A stretch of 36,283 bases of DNA from Campylobacterota bacterium (GTDB lineage Bacteria > Campylobacterota > Campylobacteria > Campylobacterales > SZUA-545). The first letter of the stretch is position 1, and the number at the start of each line of letters is the position of its first letter. Positions 9,392-17,959 of the stretch are shown here, piece after piece. The stretch spans positions 1 to 36,283 of the forward strand of contig PWVP01000132.1 in NCBI GenBank assembly GCA_003561815.1, read 5' to 3'. The notes below the pieces were generated by a model, which was given only the letters and a program-made list of their open reading frames with translations, was not told where the DNA came from and made no database searches. The position numbers and the translations under genes were made by a program.

Positions 9392-10171
9392 ATGAGCGAA
9401 ACAACTCCCCCCTCAAACCCGCTGGCTAAGCGGATCATCCCCTGCCTGGATGTCCACGCCGGGCGCGTGGTCAAAGGGGTCAATTTCGTCGATCTGATCG
9501 ACGCGGGCGATCCGGTGGAGATAGCCCGCCGCTACAACGAAGAGGGGGCCGATGAGATCACCTTTCTCGACATCACCGCCAGCCACGAAGAGCGCGATCT
9601 CATCGCCGATGTGCTGGGTCGTGTGGCCAAAGAGGTCTTTATCCCGCTCACCGTCGGCGGCGGCATCCGCACACTGGGCGATATCCAGAAGCTGCTCGGC
9701 GTCGGCTGTGACAAGATCAGCATCAACTCCCACGCGGTCAAACATCCTGACTTTATCACCGATGCGGCCAAACGGTTTGGCAGCTCCACCATGGTGGTCG
9801 CCATCGATGTCAAACGCACCGGCGAGGGGTGGCATGTCTACATCAACGGCGGCCGGGTCGATACCGGGCTGGATGCGCTGGAGTGGGCCAAAGAGGTGGC
9901 CGATCGGGGCGCGGGCGAAATTCTGCTGACCAGCATGGATACCGACGGGGTGAAAAACGGTTACGATCTCGAGATTACCCGCCGTATCTGCGAAGCGGTG
10001 CCGATCCCGGTGATCGCCAGCGGTGGCGCGGGCACGATGGCGCACATCAAAGAGGCGTTTGACGCCGGAGCCGATGCGGCACTCGCCGCTTCGATCTTTC
10101 ACTTTCGAGAGATCGCCATCACCGATCTAAAACACTACCTGGCCCAGAACCGTATCGAGGTGCGACAGTGA
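9392..10171 (+). CDS. hisF: Imidazole glycerol phosphate synthase cyclase subunit
   Basis: [47 protein letters not shown] and ALAASIFH. Confidence 0.97.
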   Translation: MSETTPPSNPLAKRIIPCLDVHAGRVVKGVNFVDLIDAGDPVEIARRYNEEGADEITFLDITASHEERDLIADVLGRVAKEVFIPLTVGGGIRTLGDIQKLLGVGCDKISINSHAVKHPDFITDAAKRFGSSTMVVAIDVKRTGEGWHVYINGGRVDTGLDALEWAKEVADRGAGEILLTSMDTDGVKNGYDLEITRRICEAVPIPVIASGGAGTMAHIKEAFDAGADAALAASIFHFREIAITDLKHYLAQNRIEVRQ

Positions 10172-10728
10172 TCCTCTGTGCCGGCGAGATGGAGCGTTTT
10201 GAGTTTGCGCTGCCGATCGGCATTGGGCTGATCGAGGCAGCTCTCAACCTCTCACGGCTCTGTCTTTTTAACCCCCCGGAGTACCTGCTGTTTGTCGGTA
10301 CGGCGGGAAGCTACGGAGATATACCGATCGGTACTATTATCACAAGCACGGGTGCCTCTCAAGTAGAATCTTCGTTTGTCGAAAAAAAGAGCTACTCTCC
10401 TATTGATAATGCAATTTCGATCACCGATGGACTGCTGCCACACCAACACACGGTCAATAGCAGCAACTACATCACCGCCGATGCCGCGCTCGCCGATCGT
10501 TTCCGCAAACTGGGGCTGGGGGCGGAGAGCATGGAGTTCTTCTCGGTGATGGCGGCCGCTCGCCACTTTCAGATCCCTGCAGCGGGGATCTTCTACATCA
10601 CCAACTACTGCTTCGAAGCGGCCCATGATCAGTTCATCGCCCACCACCCCGAAGCGATCGCCACTCTGGATGCGCTGGTGCGAAAAGAGCTGGGCCACCT
10701 CATCACACAAGGTGATTCGCGTGGTTAA
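10168..10728 (+). CDS. Small nucleoside phosphorylase (PNP/UDP family) domain protein of Campylobacterota type
   Basis: [25 protein letters not shown] and ITNYC; occupies the position upstream of rlmN seen in this lineage. Confidence 0.8.
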   Translation: MILCAGEMERFEFALPIGIGLIEAALNLSRLCLFNPPEYLLFVGTAGSYGDIPIGTIITSTGASQVESSFVEKKSYSPIDNAISITDGLLPHQHTVNSSNYITADAALADRFRKLGLGAESMEFFSVMAAARHFQIPAAGIFYITNYCFEAAHDQFIAHHPEAIATLDALVRKELGHLITQGDSRG

Positions 10729-11797
10729 AAGAGAGGCGCTTGATTTTTTCGATCTCACCTTAGAGGAGCTGGAGCAGATTCTCACCCCCCGCTTTCGGGC
10801 CCGCCAACTCTATCAGTGGGTCTATCAGCGCTACACCGACGATATGAGCGAGGTCACGGTGCTGCCCAAAACGCTTCGCAGCGAGCTGGCCGAGCAGCTG
10901 CGCTTCGACACCCTCACCATCGTCGATAAGGCGATCAGCCAGGATGGAAGCGAAAAGTATCTGATGCGGCTGCAAGATGGCCACACGATTGAGGCGGTGC
11001 TTTTAAAGATGAAGCCACAGAAGCACCACGACGATGGGGGGATCGCGCAAGAGGCGCGCTACACCCTCTGCCTCTCAACACAGGTGGGGTGCAAGGTGGG
11101 GTGCGCCTTCTGCCTAACCGCCAAGGGGGGCTTTGTCCGCAACCTCACCGCCGGCGAGATTGTGGCGCAGGTGTGGCAGATCAAGCGGGATCATCAGCTT
11201 CCCGCCCACCGGGGGATCAATCTGGTCTATATGGGGATGGGCGAACCGCTGGATAACCTGGAGAACCTCACGAAAGCGATCGCTATCCTCACCACCGAAG
11301 AGGGGCTAGCGATCTCTGCTAAGCGACAAACCATCTCTACCAGTGGCATATCCAGCCGTATTGACAAGCTCGGTGCGCTCAATCTCGGTGTCCATCTGGC
11401 CATCTCCCTGCACGCGGTGGATAACGAGACGCGCCAGCAGCTTATCCCGATGAACAGAGCCTATCCGATCGAGTCGGTGATCGAAGCGGTGAAACGGTTC
11501 CCCTACGACACGCGTAAACGGGTGATGTTTGAGTATCTGATGATTAAGGATCTCAACGACTCCCCCCAGGCGGCTAAACGGTTGGTCACGCTGCTAGAGG
11601 GGATCAAATCCAAGGTCAACCTTATCTACTTCAACCCCTACCCCGGCACCCCTTTTAAGCGGCCCGATCGCGCACGGATGGAGGCGTTTCGCGATGCGCT
11701 CCACTCCCGCGGCATCACTTGTACCATTCGCGAATCCAAAGGGCTGGATATCGAAGCGGCGTGCGGACAGCTGCGAGAAAAAGCGGCCAAAGGGTAG
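10721..11797 (+). CDS. rlmN: Dual-specificity RNA methyltransferase RlmN (radical SAM)
   Basis: CLSTQVGCKVGCAFC (CxxxCxxC), MGMGEP, LAISLHA and ACGQL. Start GTG 10721. Confidence 0.97.
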   Translation: MVKREALDFFDLTLEELEQILTPRFRARQLYQWVYQRYTDDMSEVTVLPKTLRSELAEQLRFDTLTIVDKAISQDGSEKYLMRLQDGHTIEAVLLKMKPQKHHDDGGIAQEARYTLCLSTQVGCKVGCAFCLTAKGGFVRNLTAGEIVAQVWQIKRDHQLPAHRGINLVYMGMGEPLDNLENLTKAIAILTTEEGLAISAKRQTISTSGISSRIDKLGALNLGVHLAISLHAVDNETRQQLIPMNRAYPIESVIEAVKRFPYDTRKRVMFEYLMIKDLNDSPQAAKRLVTLLEGIKSKVNLIYFNPYPGTPFKRPDRARMEAFRDALHSRGITCTIRESKGLDIEAACGQLREKAAKG

Positions 11798-11798
11798 C

Positions 11799-11814
11799 TG
11801 TTTCATGTGGAACA
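11799..11814. promoter_or_regulatory. parS centromere-like site
   Basis: Intergenic TGTTTCATGTGGAACA. Its reverse complement TGTTCCACATGAAACA has one mismatch to TGTTNCACGTGAAACA. Confidence 0.8.
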
Positions 11815-11841
11815 TCCCCCTCTGTAGCCGTAAAGAAGCGG

Positions 11842-11850
11842 TGCTATAAT
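11842..11850 (+). promoter_or_regulatory. Extended -10 sigma70 promoter for galU and downstream genes
   Basis: TGCTATAAT matches TGnTATAAT, with an AGGAGG RBS downstream. Confidence 0.75.
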
Positions 11851-11882
11851 AGAGTAGAGAGTACAGACAACAGGAGGTCTTT

Positions 11883-12710
11883 GTGATACAGAAATGTCTT
11901 TTTCCCGCAGCCGGGTACGGAACCCGCTTTCTGCCCGCCACCAAGGCGATGCCTAAGGAGATGCTGCCGGTTGGCACCAAGCCGCTGATCCAGTACGGCG
12001 TCGAGGAGGCGATGGAGGCGGGGATGCGAAATATGGCCTTCGTCACCGGGCGGGGCAAACGCGCACTGGAGGATCACTTCGATCTCAACTACGAACTCGA
12101 GCACCAGATTCAGGGCAGCAGCAAAGAGAAGCTGCTAGAGGAGATCCGCCACCTGATTGAGAGCTGCAGCTTCTCCTACACCCGCCAGAACGAGATGAAG
12201 GGGTTGGGCCATGCGATCCTCACCGGCTACCCCCTCATCGGCAACGAGCCCTTCGGTGTGGTGCTGGCCGATGACCTCTGCTACAACGAAGAGGAGGGGG
12301 TGCTCTCCCAGATGGCGAAGCTCTATGAGAAGCACCAGTGCAGCATCGTAGCGGTGATGGAGGTGGACCCCGATCAGGTGCACAAGTACGGTGTCGTCGC
12401 AGGTGAGGAGATCGAGCCGGGGCTGGTGCGGGTAAGCAACATGGTGGAGAAGCCCACCAAAGAGCAGGCCCCCTCCAATCTGGCGGTGATTGGCCGCTAT
12501 ATCCTCACACCGGGGATCTTTGAGATTCTACGCAGCACCGAGCCGGGCTTTAACGGCGAAATCCAGCTAACCGATGCGATTCTTGCCCAGGCCAGAAGCG
12601 GCAAGGTGCTCGCCTACCGCTTCAAAGGGGAGCGGTACGACTGCGGCAGCATCGAGGGGTTCGTCAAGGCGACCACCGAGTTCTATGCACGGATCACCGA
12701 TGCAGATTGA
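11883..12710 (+). CDS. galU: UTP-glucose-1-phosphate uridylyltransferase
   Basis: PAAGYGTRFLPATKAMPKEMLP, GLGHAI, VEKP, GEIQLTDAI and RYDCG. Confidence 0.97.
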   Translation: MIQKCLFPAAGYGTRFLPATKAMPKEMLPVGTKPLIQYGVEEAMEAGMRNMAFVTGRGKRALEDHFDLNYELEHQIQGSSKEKLLEEIRHLIESCSFSYTRQNEMKGLGHAILTGYPLIGNEPFGVVLADDLCYNEEEGVLSQMAKLYEKHQCSIVAVMEVDPDQVHKYGVVAGEEIEPGLVRVSNMVEKPTKEQAPSNLAVIGRYILTPGIFEILRSTEPGFNGEIQLTDAILAQARSGKVLAYRFKGERYDCGSIEGFVKATTEFYARITDAD

Positions 12711-13701
12711 GCTCAAAAGCCCCTTTGATGCCCACCTCCATCTACGCGATGGGGCGATGCTAGAGACCACCGTACCGGCGAGTGCCGAGCAGTTTGCCGG
12801 TGCCATCGTCATGCCCAATCTCCAGCCGCCGCTCACCGATCGCCACACGATCGACTCCTACCGAGCGCGCATAGAGGCGATTGGCGGCGAGTCGTTTGCG
12901 CCGGCGATGACCCTCTTTCTCACCCCAAGCCACACCCCGGCGGACATTGAGGCGCTCAAGGGGGTGATAAGCGCGGTGAAGCTCTCCCCCGCCGGCTCCA
13001 CCACCCACTCGGAGAAGGGGCTGCACGATCTGGTGAACAACCACAGCTTTATGGCGGTGCTTGAAGCGATGGAGGCGATGGATCTGCCCCTCTGTGTCCA
13101 CGGTGAGACCGGCGACTTCGTGCTGGATCGCGAAGCGGCGTTTGCCCCCACCTACCGCGCACTGGCCCGGAGGTTTCCGAAGCTGCGTATCGTGATGGAG
13201 CACCTGGGCAGCCGTGCGCTTCTGCCGCTGCTGGATGAGCAGCCCAACCTCTACGCCACCGTCACCCTACACCATCTGCTGCTCGATCTAGACGCCCTGC
13301 TTGGTGGGATGCTGCGACCGGAGTGTTTCTGCAAGCCGGTGATCAAAACCCCCGCCGATCGTGAGGCGCTCCAAAAGGTGGTGCTGGATGCCCACCCTAA
13401 GATCTTTTTTGGAAGTGACTCAGCCCCCCACCCTCAGGCGGATAAGGCCCGAGGGGCGGCGGGCATCTTCAGCGCACCGGTGGTGCTGCCCGCTCTGGCT
13501 GGCTTCTTTGAGCAGCACGATGCGCTCGATCGGATGCAACCCTTTCTCTCCGATCGGGCGCGCGACTTTTATCGTCTCGATCTGCCCGATAGAACCGTGC
13601 GGCTCAAAAAGGATCCGTGGCGGGTGCCGGTCTCCTATGGTGGTGTGACGCCCCTCTTTAGTGGCGAACGGCTTATCTGGCGGGTCGTCGACGGTGCGTA
13701 A
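12700..13701 (+). CDS. pyrC: Dihydroorotase (homodimeric, E. coli type)
   Basis: DAHLHLRD, MPNL, CVHGE, MEHL, CKP and GSDSAPH. ATG 12700 overlaps the end of galU. Confidence 0.93.
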   Translation: MQIELKSPFDAHLHLRDGAMLETTVPASAEQFAGAIVMPNLQPPLTDRHTIDSYRARIEAIGGESFAPAMTLFLTPSHTPADIEALKGVISAVKLSPAGSTTHSEKGLHDLVNNHSFMAVLEAMEAMDLPLCVHGETGDFVLDREAAFAPTYRALARRFPKLRIVMEHLGSRALLPLLDEQPNLYATVTLHHLLLDLDALLGGMLRPECFCKPVIKTPADREALQKVVLDAHPKIFFGSDSAPHPQADKARGAAGIFSAPVVLPALAGFFEQHDALDRMQPFLSDRARDFYRLDLPDRTVRLKKDPWRVPVSYGGVTPLFSGERLIWRVVDGA

Positions 13702-14356
13702 GCTGCTGCTTTTAGAGGATGACACCCTCTTTGCGCAAACCCTGGAGGACTTTCTCTGCGAAGAGGGGTACGAGGTCACCGTTACCCACGATGGGGTGCT
13801 CGCCCACGCGCTGGCCACCGAAGAGCGCTTCGATCTGCTGCTGCTGGATATCAATGTCCCGCGCCTGAGCGGACTGGAGCTGCTCAAAAAGCTCCGTCAG
13901 GCCCAGCACGATCGCCCCGCCCTCTTTATCACCTCCTATCAGCAGCGCCAGATGCTTAAAGAGGCTTTTAGCGCCGGTGGCGATGACTACCTGACCAAGC
14001 CGGTCGATCTTGAAGAGCTCAAACTCCGTGTCCACGCCCTTTTGCGCCGCAGCCACACCCTGCCCGATCGAATCAGCCTAAACGACTCTCTCTGGTTCGA
14101 TCCGGTGCGCTATCAGCTCTTTGAGAACGATCAGGAGGTGACGCTTCCTAAAAAGTGTGCCGAGCTGCTAGGGCTGCTGGTGGCCCATCAGGGCAAAACC
14201 GTCACCACCGCCATGATCGAAGAGACGCTCTATGACTACACAGAGGTGCCAAGCAGCGGTGCGATCCGGGTCTATATCAATCAGATCAAAAAGCTCTTGG
14301 GCGCTCAGCGGATCACCAATCTCCGCGGTGTAGGTTACCGGCTTGAAAAAGAGTGA
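13694..14356 (+). CDS. OmpR-family response regulator
   Basis: LLEDD, phosphoacceptor LLDINVP, DDYLTKP and a winged helix ending NLRGVGYRL. Start GTG 13694. Confidence 0.93.
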   Translation: MRKLLLLEDDTLFAQTLEDFLCEEGYEVTVTHDGVLAHALATEERFDLLLLDINVPRLSGLELLKKLRQAQHDRPALFITSYQQRQMLKEAFSAGGDDYLTKPVDLEELKLRVHALLRRSHTLPDRISLNDSLWFDPVRYQLFENDQEVTLPKKCAELLGLLVAHQGKTVTTAMIEETLYDYTEVPSSGAIRVYINQIKKLLGAQRITNLRGVGYRLEKE

Positions 14357-15215
14357 TTACGAGCTAACGCTCACCACCACCCTGCTCTATCTGGCCACCT
14401 TTGTGCTGCTCAATCTCTTTATGCTCTCCATCCTCACGGTGGTCGGCTTCTCTTTTGAGAATCTGGTCAAGGTGATGGGGGTTGCCGCTCTGCCTGCGGC
14501 CTTTTTTGGCTACCTGATCGCACGACACGGCCTGCTGGAGCACTTCAACACCAACTCCCTGCTCAAACGGCTGCTGCGAAACACCCTCCATGAGATCCGC
14601 ATCCCGATCGCCACCATCCGGGCCAACGCACAGATGCTTCAGCGCGGTGCGGATAGCCGGGGACTCAAGCGGCTTGAGCGCATCGATCAGGCGACACGGA
14701 ACCTCGAAGGGCTCTACGAGGAGCTGGAGTACTTTATCTCGCGGGAGATTCAGCGCATCCAAAAAAGCCCGGTGGAGCTTAGTGCGCTGATAGAGGATCG
14801 GCTCGGCTTTCTCTGCGAGCGGCTAGAGGGGTGTCGCGTCCAGAGCGATCTGGAGCCCACCTGGATCGAAGCGGATGAGATGGCGATGGCGCGGGTTCTG
14901 GATAACCTGATCGATAACGCCATCAAATACAGCCCCGCCGATCGCTGCGAAATCACCCTCACCCTCCAAGAAGGCCAGCTGGGCATCGCCGATCGGGGCG
15001 AGGGGATTAGCGCAGAGACCCTGAGCCGCATCTTTGAGCGCTACTATCAGGACAACCCCCACCGATCGGGCTACGGTATCGGGCTGGATATCGTCAAATC
15101 CGCCTGCGATGCCCACCGCATCGGACTGCGGGTGGACTCGAGCCCCCAGAGGGGCACCACCTTCTGGCTGGATCTAACACGCATCGTGATTGAGAAGCCC
15201 CAGCTCCAGCAGTAA
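14343..15215 (+). CDS. Small membrane-bound sensor histidine kinase
   Basis: Two N-terminal TM helices, H-box LHEIRIP, N-box NLIDNAIKY, DRGEGI, IFERYY and GYGIGL. Confidence 0.92.
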   Translation: MKKSDYELTLTTTLLYLATFVLLNLFMLSILTVVGFSFENLVKVMGVAALPAAFFGYLIARHGLLEHFNTNSLLKRLLRNTLHEIRIPIATIRANAQMLQRGADSRGLKRLERIDQATRNLEGLYEELEYFISREIQRIQKSPVELSALIEDRLGFLCERLEGCRVQSDLEPTWIEADEMAMARVLDNLIDNAIKYSPADRCEITLTLQEGQLGIADRGEGISAETLSRIFERYYQDNPHRSGYGIGLDIVKSACDAHRIGLRVDSSPQRGTTFWLDLTRIVIEKPQLQQ

Positions 15216-15707
15216 CGGCAACTCCTCTTCGCGGCGATCGATATAGAGCAGCGCACTGCAGCGCGCTTCCTCTTTCGCGATATAGACCTTAAAGCTTGTG
15301 AGCGCCTCGGTGATTAGGAGGTGGTGCGTCTGCGTCAAGCGCCCGCTGGGAATCGGCAGGGTGATCGCCTCTGCTGACTCCAGGCGCATAAGGGTCTGCT
15401 CGGGCTTTCGCACCAGATAGACCACCTCTGCCTTCGGGCGACCATAAAGGGAGTGGCGCGTGCCGTGCAGATAGAGCTGATCGTACTCCCGTCCGGAGAG
15501 CACCGAGACCCTTTGGGCCTGAAGCAGGTCGGCCACCAGCAGATCGAGTACCTTCTGGCGGCTCTGCTGCGCCTCATTGGCCCGCTGCATCGTATCGGCG
15601 GCACTGCGCAGCACCGACTCGCCCTGACTGATGAAGAAGACCATCAGCGAGATGAGCAGAACACTGATCATCAGCTCCAGCAGCGTAAAACCCCGGCGAC
15701 GCGCCAT
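15174..15707 (-). CDS. Minor pseudopilin (GspJ/PulJ-like)
   Basis: Class III signal RRRG|FTLLELMI followed by a hydrophobic helix; downstream of gspF. Confidence 0.75.
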   Translation of the reverse strand: MARRRGFTLLELMISVLLISLMVFFISQGESVLRSAADTMQRANEAQQSRQKVLDLLVADLLQAQRVSVLSGREYDQLYLHGTRHSLYGRPKAEVVYLVRKPEQTLMRLESAEAITLPIPSGRLTQTHHLLITEALTSFKVYIAKEEARCSALLYIDRREEELPLLLELGLLNHDAC

Positions 15708-16924
15708 TACGCCCCGATGTTCATGCTAAAGATCGGCAGCAGCATCGCCGTGACGATAAAGCCCACTACCCCGCCGACAAGCAGCATCATCACCGGCTCC
15801 AGCAGCGAGAGCATCACGGCGATACGATCGCGGTTCTCCTCAAAGTAGAGATTGGAGAGGTTGGCCAGTATCTGCTCAAGCTCGCTGGTCTCCTCACCCA
15901 GAGCGATCGCCTGAATAAACGCCGCATCCAAAGAGCCGTCACTCTGCTGCAGTGCTACAGAGAAGCGCCCCCCCTCCACCACGCGATCGGCCGCTTTTAA
16001 GAAGCGATCGCTTAGCACCCGATTGCTCTGAACCGCCGCTGCCAATCGAATCGTCTGGACGAAGGGAACCCCCGATCGCATCAGCACAGAGCCCATATAG
16101 GCAAAGCGGGCCAGCTCCGTCGTCATCACAATCCGCCCGATAAGCGGTAGTGCCAGCACCAGCCGGTGCACCCCATAGAGGTAGCCGCGGCTCAAACGCA
16201 TCAGCAGCGCATGGGTAAAGAGCAGGGCCGCGATCGCTGCCACAACCGCCGTCCACCACTTCTGCATAAACTCGCTCACGCCGATCACAAACTGCGTAAT
16301 CGGGGGTAGCTCCTGGCCGAGCTGCTCAAACATCCCCGTAATCTGGGGCACCACCACCGTCACCATAAAGATCACCATCAAAAACGAGACCACAATAATA
16401 AAGGCGGGGTAGAAAAGGGCGTTTTTCGCCTGCTTTTTGATGCTGGCAAGCTCTTTGATAAAGCGGGAGAGCTCATCGAGCACCTCATCGAGCATCCCGC
16501 CATCTTCGGAGATACGAATCGATTGGCGGTAAAAGGGGGGGATCTCATAGACACTCTGAAGCTCCAGCGCCTGAGAGAAGCTTTTGCCCTCATCGAGCAG
16601 CGTGGCCACGGCGGTAAAGAAGCCTGAGAGCTTGCGCTCCTTCTCATACTGGCTCGCCGCGAGACGGATGGCGTTGACGATGGAGATTCCCGATTTGAGA
16701 TAGATGGCCAGATCGCGACTGATGCGGCTTAAGAGCTGCGGATCCATCTGGCTTCTGCGCCGCTTGCCCAGACGGGCCAGCAGCGGCTCAGAAGCGGGCT
16801 TGAGGGACTCAAAGAGCAGCCCTCGCGCCTGGAGCTTGGCCGCCGCTTCGCCTCTATCGGTCGCCTCAATCACCCCCTTTTGTCGCCCACCGGTGCGATC
16901 GAGAGCGCGGTAACGAAACAGCAT
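15707..16924 (-). CDS. gspF: Type II secretion inner-membrane platform protein GspF
   Basis: FRYRALD at the N-terminus, LFYPAF, VVPQI, GEETSEL and LLEP...AMLLPIF. Confidence 0.9.
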   Translation of the reverse strand: MLFRYRALDRTGGRQKGVIEATDRGEAAAKLQARGLLFESLKPASEPLLARLGKRRRSQMDPQLLSRISRDLAIYLKSGISIVNAIRLAASQYEKERKLSGFFTAVATLLDEGKSFSQALELQSVYEIPPFYRQSIRISEDGGMLDEVLDELSRFIKELASIKKQAKNALFYPAFIIVVSFLMVIFMVTVVVPQITGMFEQLGQELPPITQFVIGVSEFMQKWWTAVVAAIAALLFTHALLMRLSRGYLYGVHRLVLALPLIGRIVMTTELARFAYMGSVLMRSGVPFVQTIRLAAAVQSNRVLSDRFLKAADRVVEGGRFSVALQQSDGSLDAAFIQAIALGEETSELEQILANLSNLYFEENRDRIAVMLSLLEPVMMLLVGGVVGFIVTAMLLPIFSMNIGA

Positions 16925-17454
16925 CACTCCTCCTCGTGAAAATAGCGGGATCGGTCACTCGGGAGGTTTCGGCCAGGCTCTATCCGCTCCCACGCCTCAT
17001 CCAGCGAGCTATACCGCCGCATCGGCTGCAGAAGTGGCGGATAGTGGTAGAAGCGATTCTCATACTCAAAGAGAGTCTCGCTCACCGCTTGGTTTTCAAA
17101 CCGCTCCATCACAAAACAGGGGCCATCAAGCGTGCGCGTCGCCTGGGGGCTGCCCTCCTGCAAAACCGCATACACCACCGGCGGACTCTCAAAGATCCGC
17201 ATCGGCTCACCGATCGGCTCACCCCAGCGGTTCTCCAGCCTGCACGCCTCGCAGCGCTGCCCGGTGCAGACCAGTCGAAGATAGCCCGGCTCCTCCACGC
17301 CACGCAGGGCGCGATCGAGGCGATCGGGGGCAAAGCGCATCGCCTCTTTGGCCGCCGCTTCAGGCTGTCGTACCAGCGTGGCGGCCAGCGCATAGATGAT
17401 GCCGATAATCACCAGCACCACGATCAGCTCTATCAGCGTAAAGCCGGCCCTCAA
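16924..17454 (-). CDS. Minor pseudopilin (GspH-like)
   Basis: MRAG|FTLIELIVVLVIIG prepilin motif; lies between gspG and gspF. Confidence 0.75.
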   Translation of the reverse strand: MRAGFTLIELIVVLVIIGIIYALAATLVRQPEAAAKEAMRFAPDRLDRALRGVEEPGYLRLVCTGQRCEACRLENRWGEPIGEPMRIFESPPVVYAVLQEGSPQATRTLDGPCFVMERFENQAVSETLFEYENRFYHYPPLLQPMRRYSSLDEAWERIEPGRNLPSDRSRYFHEEE

Positions 17455-17885
17455 TCACACTCACTCAGATAGAGATCCCGATCGTGGCCGCTTCCCCCCT
17501 CCTGGCCATCCGCCCCTAAGGAGACAATCTCGAAACTGCCGTTTTCGCGGATGTAGATGTAGGGGTTGTTCCAAGGGTCGCGCAGTGCGCCCGAACCGCT
17601 CAGGTAGCCGCCGGGCAGATAGCCGGTGTAGCGCTCCGGATCGGGGTTGGTGCGCAGCGCATCGAGCCCCTCTTCGGTGCTGGGGTAGCGGCCATTATCC
17701 ATCCGAAAGGACTCCAGCGCCTGGGCCAGGGATTTCATCTGCACGCAGGCTAAACGCGCCTTGGCCTGTTCGCTCTGGCCAAGCACATTGGGCATCACCA
17801 GTGCCGCCAGCAGCCCCAGAATAATAATCACCACCATCAGCTCTATCAGTGAAAAGCCCCCCCGGGCTCTTTGGCGCTTCTGCAT
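17451..17885 (-). CDS. gspG: Type II secretion major pseudopilin GspG
   Basis: G|FSLIELMVV, GRYPSTEEGLDAL, DPWNNPYIY and SLGADGQEGG. Confidence 0.94.
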   Translation of the reverse strand: MQKRQRARGGFSLIELMVVIIILGLLAALVMPNVLGQSEQAKARLACVQMKSLAQALESFRMDNGRYPSTEEGLDALRTNPDPERYTGYLPGGYLSGSGALRDPWNNPYIYIRENGSFEIVSLGADGQEGGSGHDRDLYLSECD

Positions 17886-17917
17886 TCTCTATTTCCTTGA
17901 GCGTTTATTATTTCCCG

Positions 17918-17928
17918 ATTGTATAATA
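17918..17928. promoter_or_regulatory. Overlapping divergent -10 elements (gspG / proC)
   Basis: ATTGTATAATA gives TATAAT on + (17922-17927) and TACAAT (17918-17923) or TATTAT (17923-17928) on -. Confidence 0.55.
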
Positions 17929-17959
17929 CCCTCACCTAGCCAAGTTTTAAAGGGGTGTT

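Noticed and set aside
9280..9483. N-terminal extension of the ksgA ORF as called in the track (similar over-extensions affect pit, rlmN, pyrC, metK, dnaG and hemB)
   Set aside because: These extensions overlap neighbouring genes or promoters. Homology and RBS position support the downstream starts.
10403..10421. Fur-box-like TTGATAATGCAATTTCGAT
   Set aside because: Only one half-site matches, and it lies inside a gene with no iron connection.
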